Shown piece by piece: positions 1 to 44,693 of a DNA stretch of 44,693 bases (position 1 is the first letter of the stretch; every line of letters begins with the position of its first letter). Below the pieces are notes generated by a model. It was not told where the DNA came from, did not search any database, and saw only the letters and a list, made by a program, of their open reading frames with translations. The stretch lies in the NCBI RefSeq assembly GCF_006345805.1, contig NW_021832926.1, positions 1-44,693 of the forward strand. Reading direction: 5' to 3'. The stretch is from Octopus sinensis. Lineage: Eukaryota. Position numbers and translations under genes: made by a program.

Positions 1-55
1 GAATGTAAATAATGTAAATAATGTAAACAGTTCCTCATCTCTTAAATATAGAACA
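1..55 (+). mobile_element. 3' end of a second copy of the 11541-11714 PLE-like family, cut by the window edge
   Basis: Near-identical to about 11660-11714. Confidence 0.65.
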
Positions 56-337
56 GAATGAAATAAGTTCTAGATTTGTTTTTAAAAAGAAAATCATAAA
101 CATTGGTGTCTATTTCTTCGAGTAAACTCTTCAAGGCGTTGCCCTAGCATGGCCGCAGTCCAAAGACTGAGACAAGAAAGAGATAAAAGATTTTAAAAAA
201 AATGCGAATTGCATTAGAAAGAAGAAAAAAATGCTGCAGCCTCAAGACTTGTTTTGTAGGTTTTATTGTTTTTATTTTTCGTATTTTGTTCTCCAGAGTA
301 ATGAAGCCTGTCGTTTGTACTTCATTGTTCCCTTAGG

Positions 338-372
<35 letters not shown>

Positions 373-444
373 AGAGAGAGAGATAGAGATAGGGAGAGGG
401 AGATAGAGAGAGGGAGAGACAGAGAGAGAAAGAGAGAGAGATAG

Positions 445-483
<39 letters not shown>

Positions 484-1374
484 GAGAGAGAGCTTTGTTG
501 GATTAAACGGCTTCTCATTGCTTGATATTATATTTCTCGATCCAATTCGACGTAGTTTCTCACCCGTCGCCCTCATCAGGCATTTGGCTTGCTTTAGCAG
601 AATCTACTCTGTTCTGGGTAATTTAGACCAAGCAGTCGGTCTGATTCCTATACACACGCACGTGAATCGGAATAAAGACCTGATCTGCACACTTGCGGCA
701 GATAGGACTTAAGAGAGAAAGAGAGTGTGAGAGAGAGAGAGAGAGTGTGTGTGTGTGTGTGTGTGTGAGTCTGTGCGGGGTGCCTGCATCATAACACCAA
801 GAAGCCGCCTACTAATGCATGTGTTTCGTTTAAACACTTATTTTCTGTTGAATGTCACCCAGGGAAAAGTCTCTTTAAAGCATCGAGGGCTGAAAAGCAC
901 TGAGTACCTGAAAACTCAGGTGGTCAATGTTATTTAACACTCAATGTTTTTCGCTTCCAGAGACAGTAGACCAATGATTTAGTGGCCATTGGCACCGATT
1001 CCAATGAAAAGGGGGAGATCATTTCAGGATTACTATGAAGGAAAATAAAGTCTGATTGTGTAAAAACATCGTGAGAGCTGTGGAGACGTGTTTCTGATTC
1101 AATAGACGTCATCAGCACAGCAACTGTTCTACCAGATAGTCAAAAGACAGACACTTAGGTATACTTTCACAAAACAAATTTGTATTATTGATACGCAAAT
1201 GATACAAATTGATTCAAAAAGCATTGTATTATTGATACGAAGATAAGCTGAAGCGCAGATAATTTCAAGAAACCAAGAATTTATATTGTATGTTATTTAA
1301 TATACCTCTCTGTGGCTTTGTTGTCCAAATCCAGGCAACTGAATAGACTTCCCAAATTATTCCGAAAGAAGATA

Positions 1375-1961
1375 ATATTTTTTTCTACTCTAGGCACAAA
1401 GCCCGAAATTTTGGGGGAGGGGGCCAAGCGATTAGCTGGACTCCAGTACGCAACTGGTACTTAATTTATCGACCCCGAAAGGATGAAAGGCAAAGTCGAC
1501 CTCGGCGGAATTTGGACTCAGAACATAAAGACAGACGAAATACCTATTTCTTTACTACCCACAAAGGGCTAAACACAAAGAGGACAAACAAGGACAGACA
1601 AACGGATTAAGTCGATTACATCGACCCCAGTGCGTAACTGGTCCTTAATTTATCGACCCCGAAAGGATGAAAGGCAAAGTCGACCTCGTCGGAATTTGAA
1701 CTCAGAACGTAGCGGCAGACGAAATACCTATTTCTTTACTACCCACAAGGGGCTAAACATAGAGGGGACAAACAAGGACAGACAAACGGATTAAGTCGAT
1801 TATATCGACCCTAGTGAGTAACTGGTACTTAATTTATCGCCCCCGAAAGGATGACAGGCAAAGTAGACCTCGGCGGAATTTGAACTCAGAGCGTAACGGC
1901 AAACGAAAAATACCGCTAAGCATTTCGCCCAGCGTGCTAACGATTCCGCCACCTCACCGCC
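1375..1961 (-). mobile_element. tRNA-derived SINE (octopus OK-like) with a triplicated 184-bp body
   Basis: Head GGCGGTGAGGTGGCGGAATCGTTAGC (A box), B box GAGTTCAAATTCC. Body anchor at 1471, 1655 and 1839. Confidence 0.85.
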
Positions 1962-2049
1962 TTGAAATAAGACAATATTACACTCAGAACAGCAACTTAG
2001 AGGCGCACCTGGAGGTGCCATAAAATCTCACACGAATTATTGAAAAACA

Positions 2050-2813
2050 TATAACAACAACAACAACAACACAAACATCAATCACATCAACAAGAACAAT
2101 CATACTCCACCACCGCCATCACCACAGTCCTCATCATCAGCATCCGCCGTTTTCTCGTCTTCGTTTCTTCCTCATCACTATCATTGTGTCAATCAAGTGT
2201 ACATCATCACCAACATCATCATTAACGTCATCGAACGCATCATCTCTCATTCCCCTCCATCTTCATCCTCATCGTCCCTCCCTTCCACCTCCTCTTCCTC
2301 TTGTCATCATCACCGTACTCTTCATCATTTTCATCCTCGTGATCCTCCTCTTCTGCTCCTCATCTTTTTCGTCCTCCTCCCCTTCCTCTTCTCTCTTAAC
2401 ATCATAATTTTCATCTTCTTTTCCATCATCATCATCCTCTTAACCACCACTACCACCACCACCATCATCTCACTCACCACCACCACCACCACCACCGCCA
2501 CCATCGTCATCATCATCATCATAAGCATCATCATCATCATCATCAGCATCATCATCATCGTCTCACTCACCACCACCACCATCACCGACCCCCAACACCA
2601 CCACCGCTGCCGCCACCATCACCACTACCACCACCATCGTCGTCATTATCAGCATCTCACTCACCCCCCCACTCCACCCCACCTCCATCATCATCGCCGT
2701 CGTCGTCGTGATCATCATCATAATCGTCATCATCATCGTCATCATCATCATCATCATCATCATCATCAGCATCATCGTCGTCGTCGTCATCATGGTCGTC
2801 GTCGTCGTCGTCG

Positions 2814-2864
<51 letters not shown>

Positions 2865-2885
2865 CCACCACCACCATCATCATCA
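2050..2885. repeat. (CAT/CAC/CGT)n trinucleotide SSR field
   Basis: Directly visible; source of the poly-His and poly-Ile ORFs. Confidence 0.95.
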
Positions 2886-3337
2886 CGGGCATCATATGCA
2901 ACATGAAAGAGCCTAACCAGATCGTTCTGACCTCAAAGCTCTGCCTTTCGCGCTGCCGCACCAATGTATTCCTTGCCCGTGGCAAAGAGAAAGAACGAAT
3001 CTATTAAAAGAATTCTTTAACCGAATCAAAGAATTTCGAGAAATATTTTGAATCGCTGAACAATGTGGTGGTGGCTGCCTTGGTAATAGTGTAGTTGTAG
3101 AGTTTCTGTAGGGAGGGAGGTGGGGGGGGGACATATTGGTAGTCTTTTATTCCTTATTAGTTTTTTTTTTTACTGGTTTCATCCACTGAATTGCGGCCAA
3201 GTTGGGGCACCGCCTCCTACGTTTTCAGTTGCTCTTACGGAGCCCCAATATTTATTCCAGAAGCTAAGTTACCTTCTTGACATAACCGCTTGTTTTAATT
3301 GGCTGTCTTGCATCAAAGGCATACACACACACACACC

Positions 3338-3389
<52 letters not shown>

Positions 3390-3450
3390 AGATATACTCA
3401 CACAGGGACACACGCATAATACTCTATCCAACCATACATATAACACACAC

Positions 3451-3483
<33 letters not shown>

Positions 3484-3514
3484 CACATACATTCATAAAT
3501 ACGTACATACTTAC

Positions 3515-3593
<79 letters not shown>

Positions 3594-3647
3594 TATATAT
3601 TAATATATATATATATTATATATATATATATATATATTTAATATATA

Positions 3648-3893
3648 CTAGCAGCATAGCCCGGCGTTGCCCGGGTATGTAAGAAACTTTGTCGATAAGC
3701 AATGCCCTTTACCTTTTTACATGTCGAATTATCGATTTTTTTCAGAACTGGGGGAACTTTTCAAAATTTTCGCTGTGTTAGTTTTGAATTATGACATTGG
3801 GCTATGTGTGTGTCAAGTTTCATCAGAATCTGTTGAAAGCCGTGGTCAGGGTGAGGGTACAACCTGACAGACACACAGACAGACAAACTGCCT

Positions 3894-3900
<7 letters not shown>
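3648..3900 (-). mobile_element. Non-autonomous Helitron with its 5' end lost in (TA)n
   Basis: The minus strand ends in a CCCGGGCAACGCCGGG hairpin, then CTAG|T. The body is shared with 4060-4435. Confidence 0.8.
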
Positions 3901-3929
<29 letters not shown>

Positions 3930-4059
3930 TATATACATACACACACAACCAGTTTAATCGGCGGTGGTATGTCATTATGTCACACACACACCAGCAGATA
4001 CACAAGGAGGTGAAAATTGAAAATTAAAACTAATGGCTAGTAATCGTAGTTATAAGAGA

Positions 4060-4435
4060 CTAGCAGTATCGCCCGGCGTTGCTCAGGTTTGTAAGGGAAA
4101 TAACTATAAAGCATTTTTAGAGAGTTATAGCCAAAAAATAGCAAAAAGATGGAAAAAAATGATGGTAAATTTTTTTTTTAGTTAAAAAAAGGTGGAGTGC
4201 GTCCCCTAGACAGTTTGTGTTTCTGATTCTCGACCCCATGTCGAATTTATCGATTTTTTTCAGAACTGGGGGAACTTTTCAAAATTTTCGCTGTGTTAGT
4301 TTTAAATTATGACATTGGGCTATGTGTGTGTCAAGTTTCATCGGAATCGATTGAAAGCCGTGGTCAGGGTGAGGGTACGAGAAAACAGACACACAGAAAC
4401 ACGCACAGACAAACTGCCGTTTATATAGAGAGAGA
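4060..4435 (-). mobile_element. Non-autonomous Helitron, full length
   Basis: 5' A|TCTCTC; 3' hairpin plus CTAG|T; inserted between A and T with no TSD. Confidence 0.88.
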
Positions 4436-4859
4436 TAAAAGTCATTAATTTCAATAAATTCTGTTCAAGAAAAGCATGGGAGAGAACTCGCAATTGAAAT
4501 CAAATGAAATTACTTAGAAATACAATGTGCGAGTGTAATGGTGAGCGGTGTGAGTAGAAAGGTGACAACTCCGGTCATGTTTCTACCTTATTAGATTTCC
4601 TCAGGGAATCATAGCTTAACCAGATTATAGCCAGATTCTAAGATAAAGGCGGTGGCGGTAATGGCAAATAGAAAGATTTTTAATGACTGACCCAAATTAA
4701 CCGTTACACTAAAGTGATTTCAATTAATTAGAATTAATTGAAAGCTCGCTGCTTTACGTATGTTAGCACAGGCTTATCTATGTGTGACACATGCAGTAGG
4801 CATCCCTACGTTTTCCAGTCTCTGTAGTCATTCATCTCTGTAGTTAATAATGAGGTTGG

Positions 4860-4878
4860 TTACGACGACGACGACACC

Positions 4879-4910
<32 letters not shown>

Positions 4911-4930
4911 CGATGAGGACGACGATGATG

Positions 4931-4997
<67 letters not shown>

Positions 4998-5830
4998 CGA
5001 CGACGACGATGATGATGACGATGATGATGATGATGATGATGAAGATGATGATGGTGATAATGATGATGAGGACGAGACCATTATTTCTGTCTCCTTCGCT
5101 GCTCAGCGTTTAGTGTGTAACAGAACCAGGGCGACTTACTAATTAAAGTAAGAAATAGTTGCCAAAATCGTAAAGGATGCCGCACAGCCTCCCCCAACCC
5201 GATCATTCACCCAACTCCCCCTCCACCCCCTTTTCTTCTTCTCTTCCTCTCTTTTCCCCTTCCTTCCCTTCTTCTTCTTCTTCTTTTTCTTTTCTTCTTC
5301 TCTTCCTCTCTTTTCCCCTTCCTTCTCTTCTTCTTCTTCTTCACCATTATCACCACCGTCATCGTCATTGTCGTCACCCTTATCGTCATCATCACCATTC
5401 TCACTCCTCCTACTTCTCTCCCCCCCTTCCTCCCACCCCCACGCACCTTATCTTTTTGCTTCTGTTCCGAAAACTCGCTCCTCCTGTTCCTGTTCCTGCC
5501 ACTCTTTGAACGAAACCACTTCCAAAAGCACCACCATCCCTCCCTCCCTCCCTCTCTCCCTCCCTCTCTCCTCCCTTACTCTTCTCCATCCCAATCCTAC
5601 GTTTATTCTCTCCTACCACCTTCCTTCATTATCTGACTTCTCTCTTTCTTCCTTCCCCCCTCCCCAACCCCCCTCCTCCTCCGCCTCCTGCTCATCTTCT
5701 TCTTCTTCCAGTTATTCTCCCATCTCCGCGCACCTTACCGACCAGACCCTGCAAACTAGCACCCCGCTGTCTCTGTCTCTCTCCTTCTCTCTCTCTCTCC
5801 CTCTCTGTCTGTCTCTCTGTCTCTGTCTCT
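4860..5830. repeat. (GAT)n, (CTT)n and (CT)n low-complexity field
   Basis: Directly visible. Confidence 0.9.
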
Positions 5831-6229
5831 CTCTCTGTCTCTCTCACCGTACAAATCGATACCAACAGCGCTATTTTCAGCAATGGTATGCCATAGACTC
5901 CGGTCTTAAAGTGGAATATTATCCTGGTTTTGCTATTATTAGTCGCTTTAAATAATATACGATGGAAAACTTGACGCGGGAGGAGAAATGGATAAGAGAG
6001 AAAGATACAAGCATGCACGCTTTTACCTTTCTACCTGTTTCTGTCTCTTTCTATTCTGCAAGGCACCCCCCCCGCCACTTCCTTCACGCATTCATGGATA
6101 TTAATGTTTGCTTTTAAACTGAAGAATTACTCAATACTCTCTGTAGAGTACATATTTATTACATACTTTCACAGGAAGACGAAGGCTATCAGGCTGCAAC
6201 GTCGAAGCCATAGTCACCCGTCTTCTTGT

Positions 6230-6265
<36 letters not shown>

Positions 6266-7142
6266 CTCACGCACGCACGTACGCACGTACATAGACACAC
6301 ACACATTTTCACAAGTGAATGAGGAAGCGAAAGGAAGTAGCACTCAATACATTTAGTAAGAGTTACATTTATGGTTTCATAACTGTTTGGTTCTTCATGC
6401 AATCTCAAGTTGAATGGAACTGAGTCAAACGGTTATTACCTGCTTACATAATGCAAACATGCATACATACATACATACATACATACATACATACATACAT
6501 ACATACATACATACATACATACATACGTACATACATACGAACAAAAATATCCTGTTGTTGATTTTGAAATTCCGATGAAGGAACCCTGGATCTAGGTTAG
6601 AAACCGGTTCTTTCTCTATTGGCAAGAAATCTTGAAATAAACCGTATACATACATAAAGCTACTTCGAAACCTCCAGCTTCTAAATCCAGGTTAGAAATT
6701 CACATCTATACCAATAATAATTGGTGTACTTGGTTTTGTGAGGAAATGCTTAAGTGAAGATTTGGAGTCTTTGCTTTCTCTTCATTTCCTCCTTCTATAG
6801 GAGTGGGCATTGTACAGTCAATAGAGAGAAAAGTTGGTATAAACTGTATAAGGAACTGAGAATGGTAATAATACCAACCACAATAGTACTCAGACCCGCT
6901 GATGGCTAGCAGTAGTAGTTGTGCTTTTTTATTGTATTCCACGGAAATTACTTGATGAATGGATTAAAATCTTTTCTATTGGTTTTGATCTCTCAATTTT
7001 TGCACCTCGGTTTCCATTCTCATTTTCTCTAGAGCTATTTTCTCCCTTAGCCATCCTGGTACTTCTGGTTCTTCTGGGATGGGTTTTATTCGGTGCTTGC
7101 CAGGCAGAATCATTGATATTGAGTTTAGCCATTTATCCAATA

Positions 7143-7516
7143 CTAGCAGTATCGCCCGGCGTTGCTCGGGTTTGTAAGGGAAATAACTATAAAACATTTT
7201 TAGAGAGTTATAGCCAAAAAAAATGGAAAAAAATATGGTAAATTTTTTTTTGAGAGTTAAAACGGTCGAGTTGCGTCCCCTAGACAGTCTGTGGTTTGTG
7301 TTTCTGATTCTCGACCCCATGTCGAATTTATCGATTTTTTTCAGAACTGGGGGAACTTTTCAAAATTTTCGCTGCGTTAGTTTTGAATTATGACATTGGG
7401 CTATGTGTATGTCAAGTTTCATCAGAATCGGTTGAAAGCCGTGATCAGGGTGAGGGTACAACCTGACAGACACACAGAAACACGCACAGACAAACTGCCG
7501 TTTATATATAGAGAGA
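7143..7516 (-). mobile_element. Non-autonomous Helitron, full length
   Basis: 5' A|TCTCTCTATATATAAACGG; 3' CCCGAGCAACGCCGGG hairpin plus CTAG|T. Confidence 0.9.
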
Positions 7517-8015
7517 TATCTGCTTTGTTACTATTTTGAATCGTTTCCCAAACAGCAAATTTTCTATCCAAATTGTTTTTTTTTCCAATGAAGTACCTCG
7601 TGGCTGTTCTTTCGGTATGATGTTCTTAGTACATTTGAATCACGTTTTTCATCGTGTTCTCGTCTTCACTTCGATGTCTCAAACAAAATATTTTTATGGT
7701 TTTTGTGTAATTTATTTAAGATTTTTTTTGATTTGTTATTGAGTTTCGCGGTTTCATTTCCTCCTCGTTTTCTCGGGTAGGACCAAATGCTGTATCGAGC
7801 TTGGTGATTATCGATTTGAAGTTTGTATTTTTCTTTTCTTTTTGTTTTTTTTTTTAGTTCTTTAGGACTTATGCTGCTATTGTTACTTCTACCAGTGGCA
7901 CTGGTATCACGACTACTACGGCCGCAACTATTGCTGCTGAGGGTCTCTCCTACTAATAGCCACTCCTTAATACCAACATTTCTAGGAAGGAACAACAGCT
8001 ACCACTGCTAAAACA

Positions 8016-8060
<45 letters not shown>

Positions 8061-8062
<2 letters not shown>

Positions 8063-10390
8063 CATCACCACCACCACCTCCACCACTGCCACTGGTGCTG
8101 CTGCCACTGCTACTGCTGCTGCTACTACTACTACGGATTTTTTCGCTTTGACCGGCAGATTTTTAAAATAATTTCTTTGTAACTAAACACTTAAACTTCT
8201 ATACTGGTAGAATGTGTTATAAAACCATATTTTTCTCTTGGCTTTCTTGAGAAAATTCTGTAGTTTGTAAGCTATTTGTTGTTAATTTCTGCATTTCGGC
8301 AATTTCAACAATCAATGACCCGTCTATTGTAGTGAATACAATATCTGCGGTATTTTGTCACAAATTTTCTGGCGGTGTGATATGATTATTAGAACCGCCC
8401 CACCCCAATGTTGTTTAGACCTAGGTCAGTCGATGAAGTAAAGTATTAGTCAAGTACTGGAGTCGATATAATTGCTTCATACCCCCTCCCTTCAAAATTA
8501 CTAATGTCGAAATTCGTTACTATCATAACTCTTTTGTTCACTTGAGCGTTGAACAAAATGACTTACAGTATCGGTTGCAAGTCTTTATGCTCTGAATCCA
8601 AATCCCGCCCAGATCAACTTGGCCTTTCATTGTATTGGTGTGTGTGTATGTGTATATGCGTGTGTGTGTGCGTGCTCGAGCATGTGCGTGTATGTGTCAA
8701 TGATATAAAGTACCAGTGAAGTAGTGGTATCAAAGGAATCGTCTGACGCCCTTCCTTTTGAAATTACTGACCTTGTACCTAAATTATAAACAGTTGGATG
8801 TGTTGGGCGTGGTACTGATGAAAGATTAATAACTCTCGAAATATGGATATACATCCATTACCGATTTTTAACGGCGGTGCCCCAGCATGGCCGCAGCTCT
8901 CGGGCTGGAACTATTTAAAGATTTATAGAGTTAATGCTTAACCCCCACCCAGGTCATTGTATCGGTAGATTCGTTCGAGCGTCGAACAAAACGTCGAACA
9001 AAAAGAGCTGGCACAAACGACAACTTTCAAAATATGCCAGGATTCAGACGAATACTGGAACCTTCCCAATGTACCATAATTGGAATTGTTGTTTAGACCT
9101 GGGGTGAGTCCTGATCAATCAAAGCCGTTCCAGCCGTGGCCTTCTGCACACTATACACCTCCTCTTCCTCTTCCTCCTTCTCTTCCTCCGCCGCCGCACC
9201 ACCACCACCATCACCACCACCACCTCCACCACTGCCACTGGTGCTGCTGCCACTGCTACTGCTGCTGCTACTACTACTACGGATTTTTTCGCTTTGACCG
9301 GCAGATTTTTAAAATAATTTCTTTGTAATCTAAACACTTTTAAACTTCGTTATACTGTAGGAATGTGTTATAAAACATTTTTCTCTGGCTTCTTGAGAAA
9401 ATTTGTAGTTTGTAAGCTATTTGTTGCTAATCTGCGCATTCGCAATTTCAACAATCAATGACGTCTATTGTAGTGAATACAATATCGCGGTATTTTGTCA
9501 ACAACATTTTCTGGCGGTGATGATTATGGATTATGGATTGAGGTGATGATTATTGGAACCTCCCCGCCCCAATGTTGTGTAGAACTAGGTCAGTCGATGT
9601 GAAGTAAAGTATTAGTCAAGTACTGGAGTCGATATAATTGCTTCATACCCCCTCCCTTCAAAATTACTAATGTCGAAATTCGTTACATATCATAACTCTT
9701 TTGTTCACTTGAGCGTTGAAAAAATGACTTACAGTATCGGTTGCAAGTCTTTTGCTATGAATCCAAATCCCGCCCAGATCAACTTGGCCTTTCTTGTATT
9801 GGTGTGTGTGTATGTGTATATGCGTGTGTGTGTGCGTGCTCGAGCATGTGCGTGTATGTGTCAATGATATAAGAGTACCAGTGGAAGTAGTGGTATCAAA
9901 GGATCGTCTGACGCCCTTCTTTTGAAATTACTGACCTTGTACCTAAATTATAAACAGTTGGATGTGTTGGGCGTTGGTACTGATGAAAGATTAATAACTC
10001 TCGAAATATGGATATACATCCATTACCGATTTTTAACGGCGGTTGCCCAGCATGGCCGCAGCTCTCGGGCTGGAACTATTTAAAGATTTAGAAGAGTTAA
10101 TGCTTAACCCCCCCCCAGGTCATTGTAGTGGTTAGATTCGTTCGAGCGTCGAACAAAACGTCGAACAAAAAGAGCTGGCACAAACGACAACTTTCAAAAT
10201 ATGCCAGGATTCAGACGATTACTGGAACCTTCCCAATGTACCATAAATTGGAATTGTTGTTTAGACCTGGGGTGAGTCCTGATCAATCAAAGCCGTTCCA
10301 GCCGTGGCCTTCTGCACACTATACACCTCCTCTTCCTCTTCCTCCTCCTCTTCCTCCGCCGCCGCCACCACCACCACCATCACCACCACA
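8061..10390 (+). repeat. Tandem duplication of a ~1.15-kb unit (2 copies)
   Basis: The anchor accatcacc occurs at 8061, 9207 and 10376, and the intervening sequences align throughout. Confidence 0.95.
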
Positions 10391-10907
10391 ACCACCACCA
10401 CCACCACCACAACCACCAAAAAACAAAAAACAAAAAAAAAACACAGACACTTTGAATAATGTAGTCCTAGATGCACAATGCTACATCATCCCTGAAAACA
10501 AAAAATGAAACAAAGCCGAAACGGTCGTCTGTGGCAACGTAGCGTAGGTCTTTCTTTTTAATAGGTCTTGTCCTCGGGTTAAACGACCACGACCACAACC
10601 ACGACCACCACCACGGCCACGACCACCACGAACAAAAAGAAGAACAACATCAGCGGTGGCAACAATATCAGAGATTGGATAAAGCCTTTTTGAGGATTAT
10701 ATTTAATTGTGTTATTTGTGAGAGATTTAAAAGTGAACAAACGGTCACTCACTCCGTTATTATCTCTGAAATGTCATTTGTGTGTTTACAACCAGATTTA
10801 GTAGGAGCCAATAGGAAAGCTTCTGACAGGTCACCTGACAGGATAGAAGAAGAAGCTAAATTGCCCTCAAAATACACTTCACCGTCTTTAAACAAAATTG
10901 GACACAC

Positions 10908-11302
10908 TTTATCTTTTACTTGTTTGTCATTAGACTGCGGCCGTGCTGGGGCATCACCTCGAAGAATTTTTAGTTGAACGAATCGACTCCCGTACTTATA
11001 TTTTTCAAAGCCTGGTACCCACTCTATCGGTCATTTTTGCCGAACCGCTATTTACTGGGAAGTAATATATATATATATATATATTTTCTGTCCTTGTTTC
11101 GTATACATTCGATCCTTTTCCCAACAAATCTAATGCTCGTAGCTTAGTTTTTCCTTGGAGCTGGCCAGATCGGAGCAATCTCAGATTAATCAGCCGAAAT
11201 TGCGAGGATGATCCGGTTCTTGACTGAAGATTAGAGGCTTCGAATGACCGTCCGTGTTTTTTGTATCGTCTATTTGAATGTTTTGCGTTTTGTCCCATTT
11301 GG

Positions 11303-11354
<52 letters not shown>

Positions 11355-11478
11355 AAAGACGTTCAGTTTCCATTTTATTAAATCCACTCACAAGGTCTTT
11401 GGTGTGCCTGGTGCTGTAGTTGAAGATACTTGCCCAAAGTGCCATGCAGTGGGACTGAACCTGGAACTATGTGGTCTT
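10908..11478 (-). mobile_element. OR-like SINE split by (TA)n and a ~200-bp unrelated segment
   Basis: Tail at 10908-11065 and head part at about 11350-11478. Confidence 0.65.
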
Positions 11479-11540
11479 ATGGTGCATATCCTACTTCAGA
11501 AAAAGAGAAGCAAAAAAAGACTCAAAAAAAAAAGACAACA

Positions 11541-11714
11541 AATAACCTAGGAATGAGAACCCAGGTTCAAAATTTCCCCAAGACACCTGATGAAGGCTGG
11601 AGGGTATATCAGCCGAAACGTTGTGTTAACAACAAACAAGATGAGGACAAATATCTGTCAAATGTAAACAATGTAAATAATGTACATAATTCCTCATCTC
11701 TTAAATATAGAACT
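11541..11714 (+). mobile_element. Penelope-like element (PLE) pseudo-LTR fragment containing a minimal hammerhead
   Basis: Contains a hammerhead at 11582-11627. Its 3' end (aatgtaaataatgta...ttcctcatctcttaaatatagaac) is repeated at 1-55. The PLE assignment rests on the known association of minimal type I hammerheads with PLEs. Confidence 0.65.
11582..11627 (+). ncRNA. Minimal type I hammerhead ribozyme motif
   Basis: Reads GACAC-CUGAUGA-A-GGCUG(gaggguauau)CAGCC-GAAA-C-G-U-U^GUGUU. The core is canonical and stem III is palindromic (AACGUU). Confidence 0.8.
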
Positions 11715-11720
11715 GTAAAG

Positions 11721-11952
11721 TGATAGCATGTTGTCAACTTAACGTGACAGTCCCATAAAAGGGAAGAATGCTACTGTTATTTAACCCTAGGAAACACCGT
11801 TTCCTGTTGGACTTGACACATTTCCTGTGTCCTTATATTTTCAAAGTAAAGACAAGCACCTCCACCCAGCAAAACCAGCATCCTAGCGGTAAATAACAGT
11901 AGCATTTTCCCCTTTTATGGGACTGTCACATTAAATTGACAACACGCTATCA
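11721..11952. mobile_element. MITE-like element with ~72-bp terminal inverted repeats
   Basis: tgatagcatgttgtcaacttaacgtgacagtcccataaaaggg...ctagga at the left end matches the reverse complement of the right end with few mismatches. No TSD was identified. Confidence 0.75.
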
Positions 11953-12077
11953 TTTTGAGAGAATCTTCGTAATCCTGTATCAATCCGTTCAGGGTTCTTA
12001 TAACAATATACGTTATGAAAGAGCGCATTCGAAATTCGATTTATAAGCAGTAATTGCAGCCGAAAAATAAGACTTAC

Positions 12078-44143
<32,066 letters not shown>

Positions 44144-44154
44144 CTAGAAATGCA

Positions 44155-44526
<372 letters not shown>

Positions 44527-44530
<4 letters not shown>

Positions 44531-44693
44531 CCGTTCTACTATAGGCACAAGGCTTGAAATTTGGGGGTGGGTCGTGTCGATTATATCGACCCCAGGGATT
44601 CACTGGTACACATTTCATCGATCCTGAAAGGATGAAAGGCAAAATCGATCTTGGTGGAATTTGAAATCAGAACGACGTAAGGACCGACGAAAC
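44527..44693 (-). mobile_element. Same SINE family, older copy, cut by the window edge
   Basis: Tail and body are homologous to 1375-1530. Confidence 0.7.

Noticed and set aside
2900-6020. Candidate exons at about 3005-3108 (-) and 5845-5955 (either strand) as the next kinase exon
   Set aside because: There is no HxNIV or GGDL-like sequence in any frame and the phases do not fit.
6566-6614. CCGAUGA...GAAA-CCGG-UU hammerhead-like motif
   Set aside because: U4 is mutated, the stem II closing pair is missing and stem I is misaligned. At best it is a decayed PLE remnant.
6976-7130. PEVPGWLREKIALEKMRMETEVQKL, superficially like an anoctamin C-terminus or a gag coiled coil
   Set aside because: The similarity is short, there are no supporting exons or splice sites, and the ORF start lies inside a Helitron.

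Overview
AT-rich, microsatellite-saturated eukaryotic DNA. The SINE and Helitron complement looks like an octopus (coleoid cephalopod) genome; that assignment is from recognition, not a search. Nearly all ORFs in the supplied track are simple-repeat artefacts. Manual splice-site reading recovers 8 in-frame exons of a minus-strand ALK/LTK-family receptor tyrosine kinase, none called by the ORF track. They encode the end of a MAM domain, a glycosylated linker, a TM helix, an NPxY juxtamembrane region and the kinase N-lobe. The TNF-like/glycine-rich/EGF ligand-binding module appears to be missing. A 14.3-kb intron of this gene holds a 6.7-kb array of a ~450-bp monomer: 9.6 copies in one orientation, then 5.3 inverted copies, set in (TA)n. 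Each monomer carries a type I hammerhead-ribozyme-like fold with a compensatory U3-A8 core. The array ends and inversion junction fit a twin-primed retro-insertion. Together this is a candidate retrozyme or ribozyme satellite, untested. The rest is non-autonomous Helitrons, tRNA-derived SINEs, Penelope-like fragments with minimal hammerheads, a dead RTE endonuclease, a MITE, a 1.15-kb tandem duplication and SSRs.
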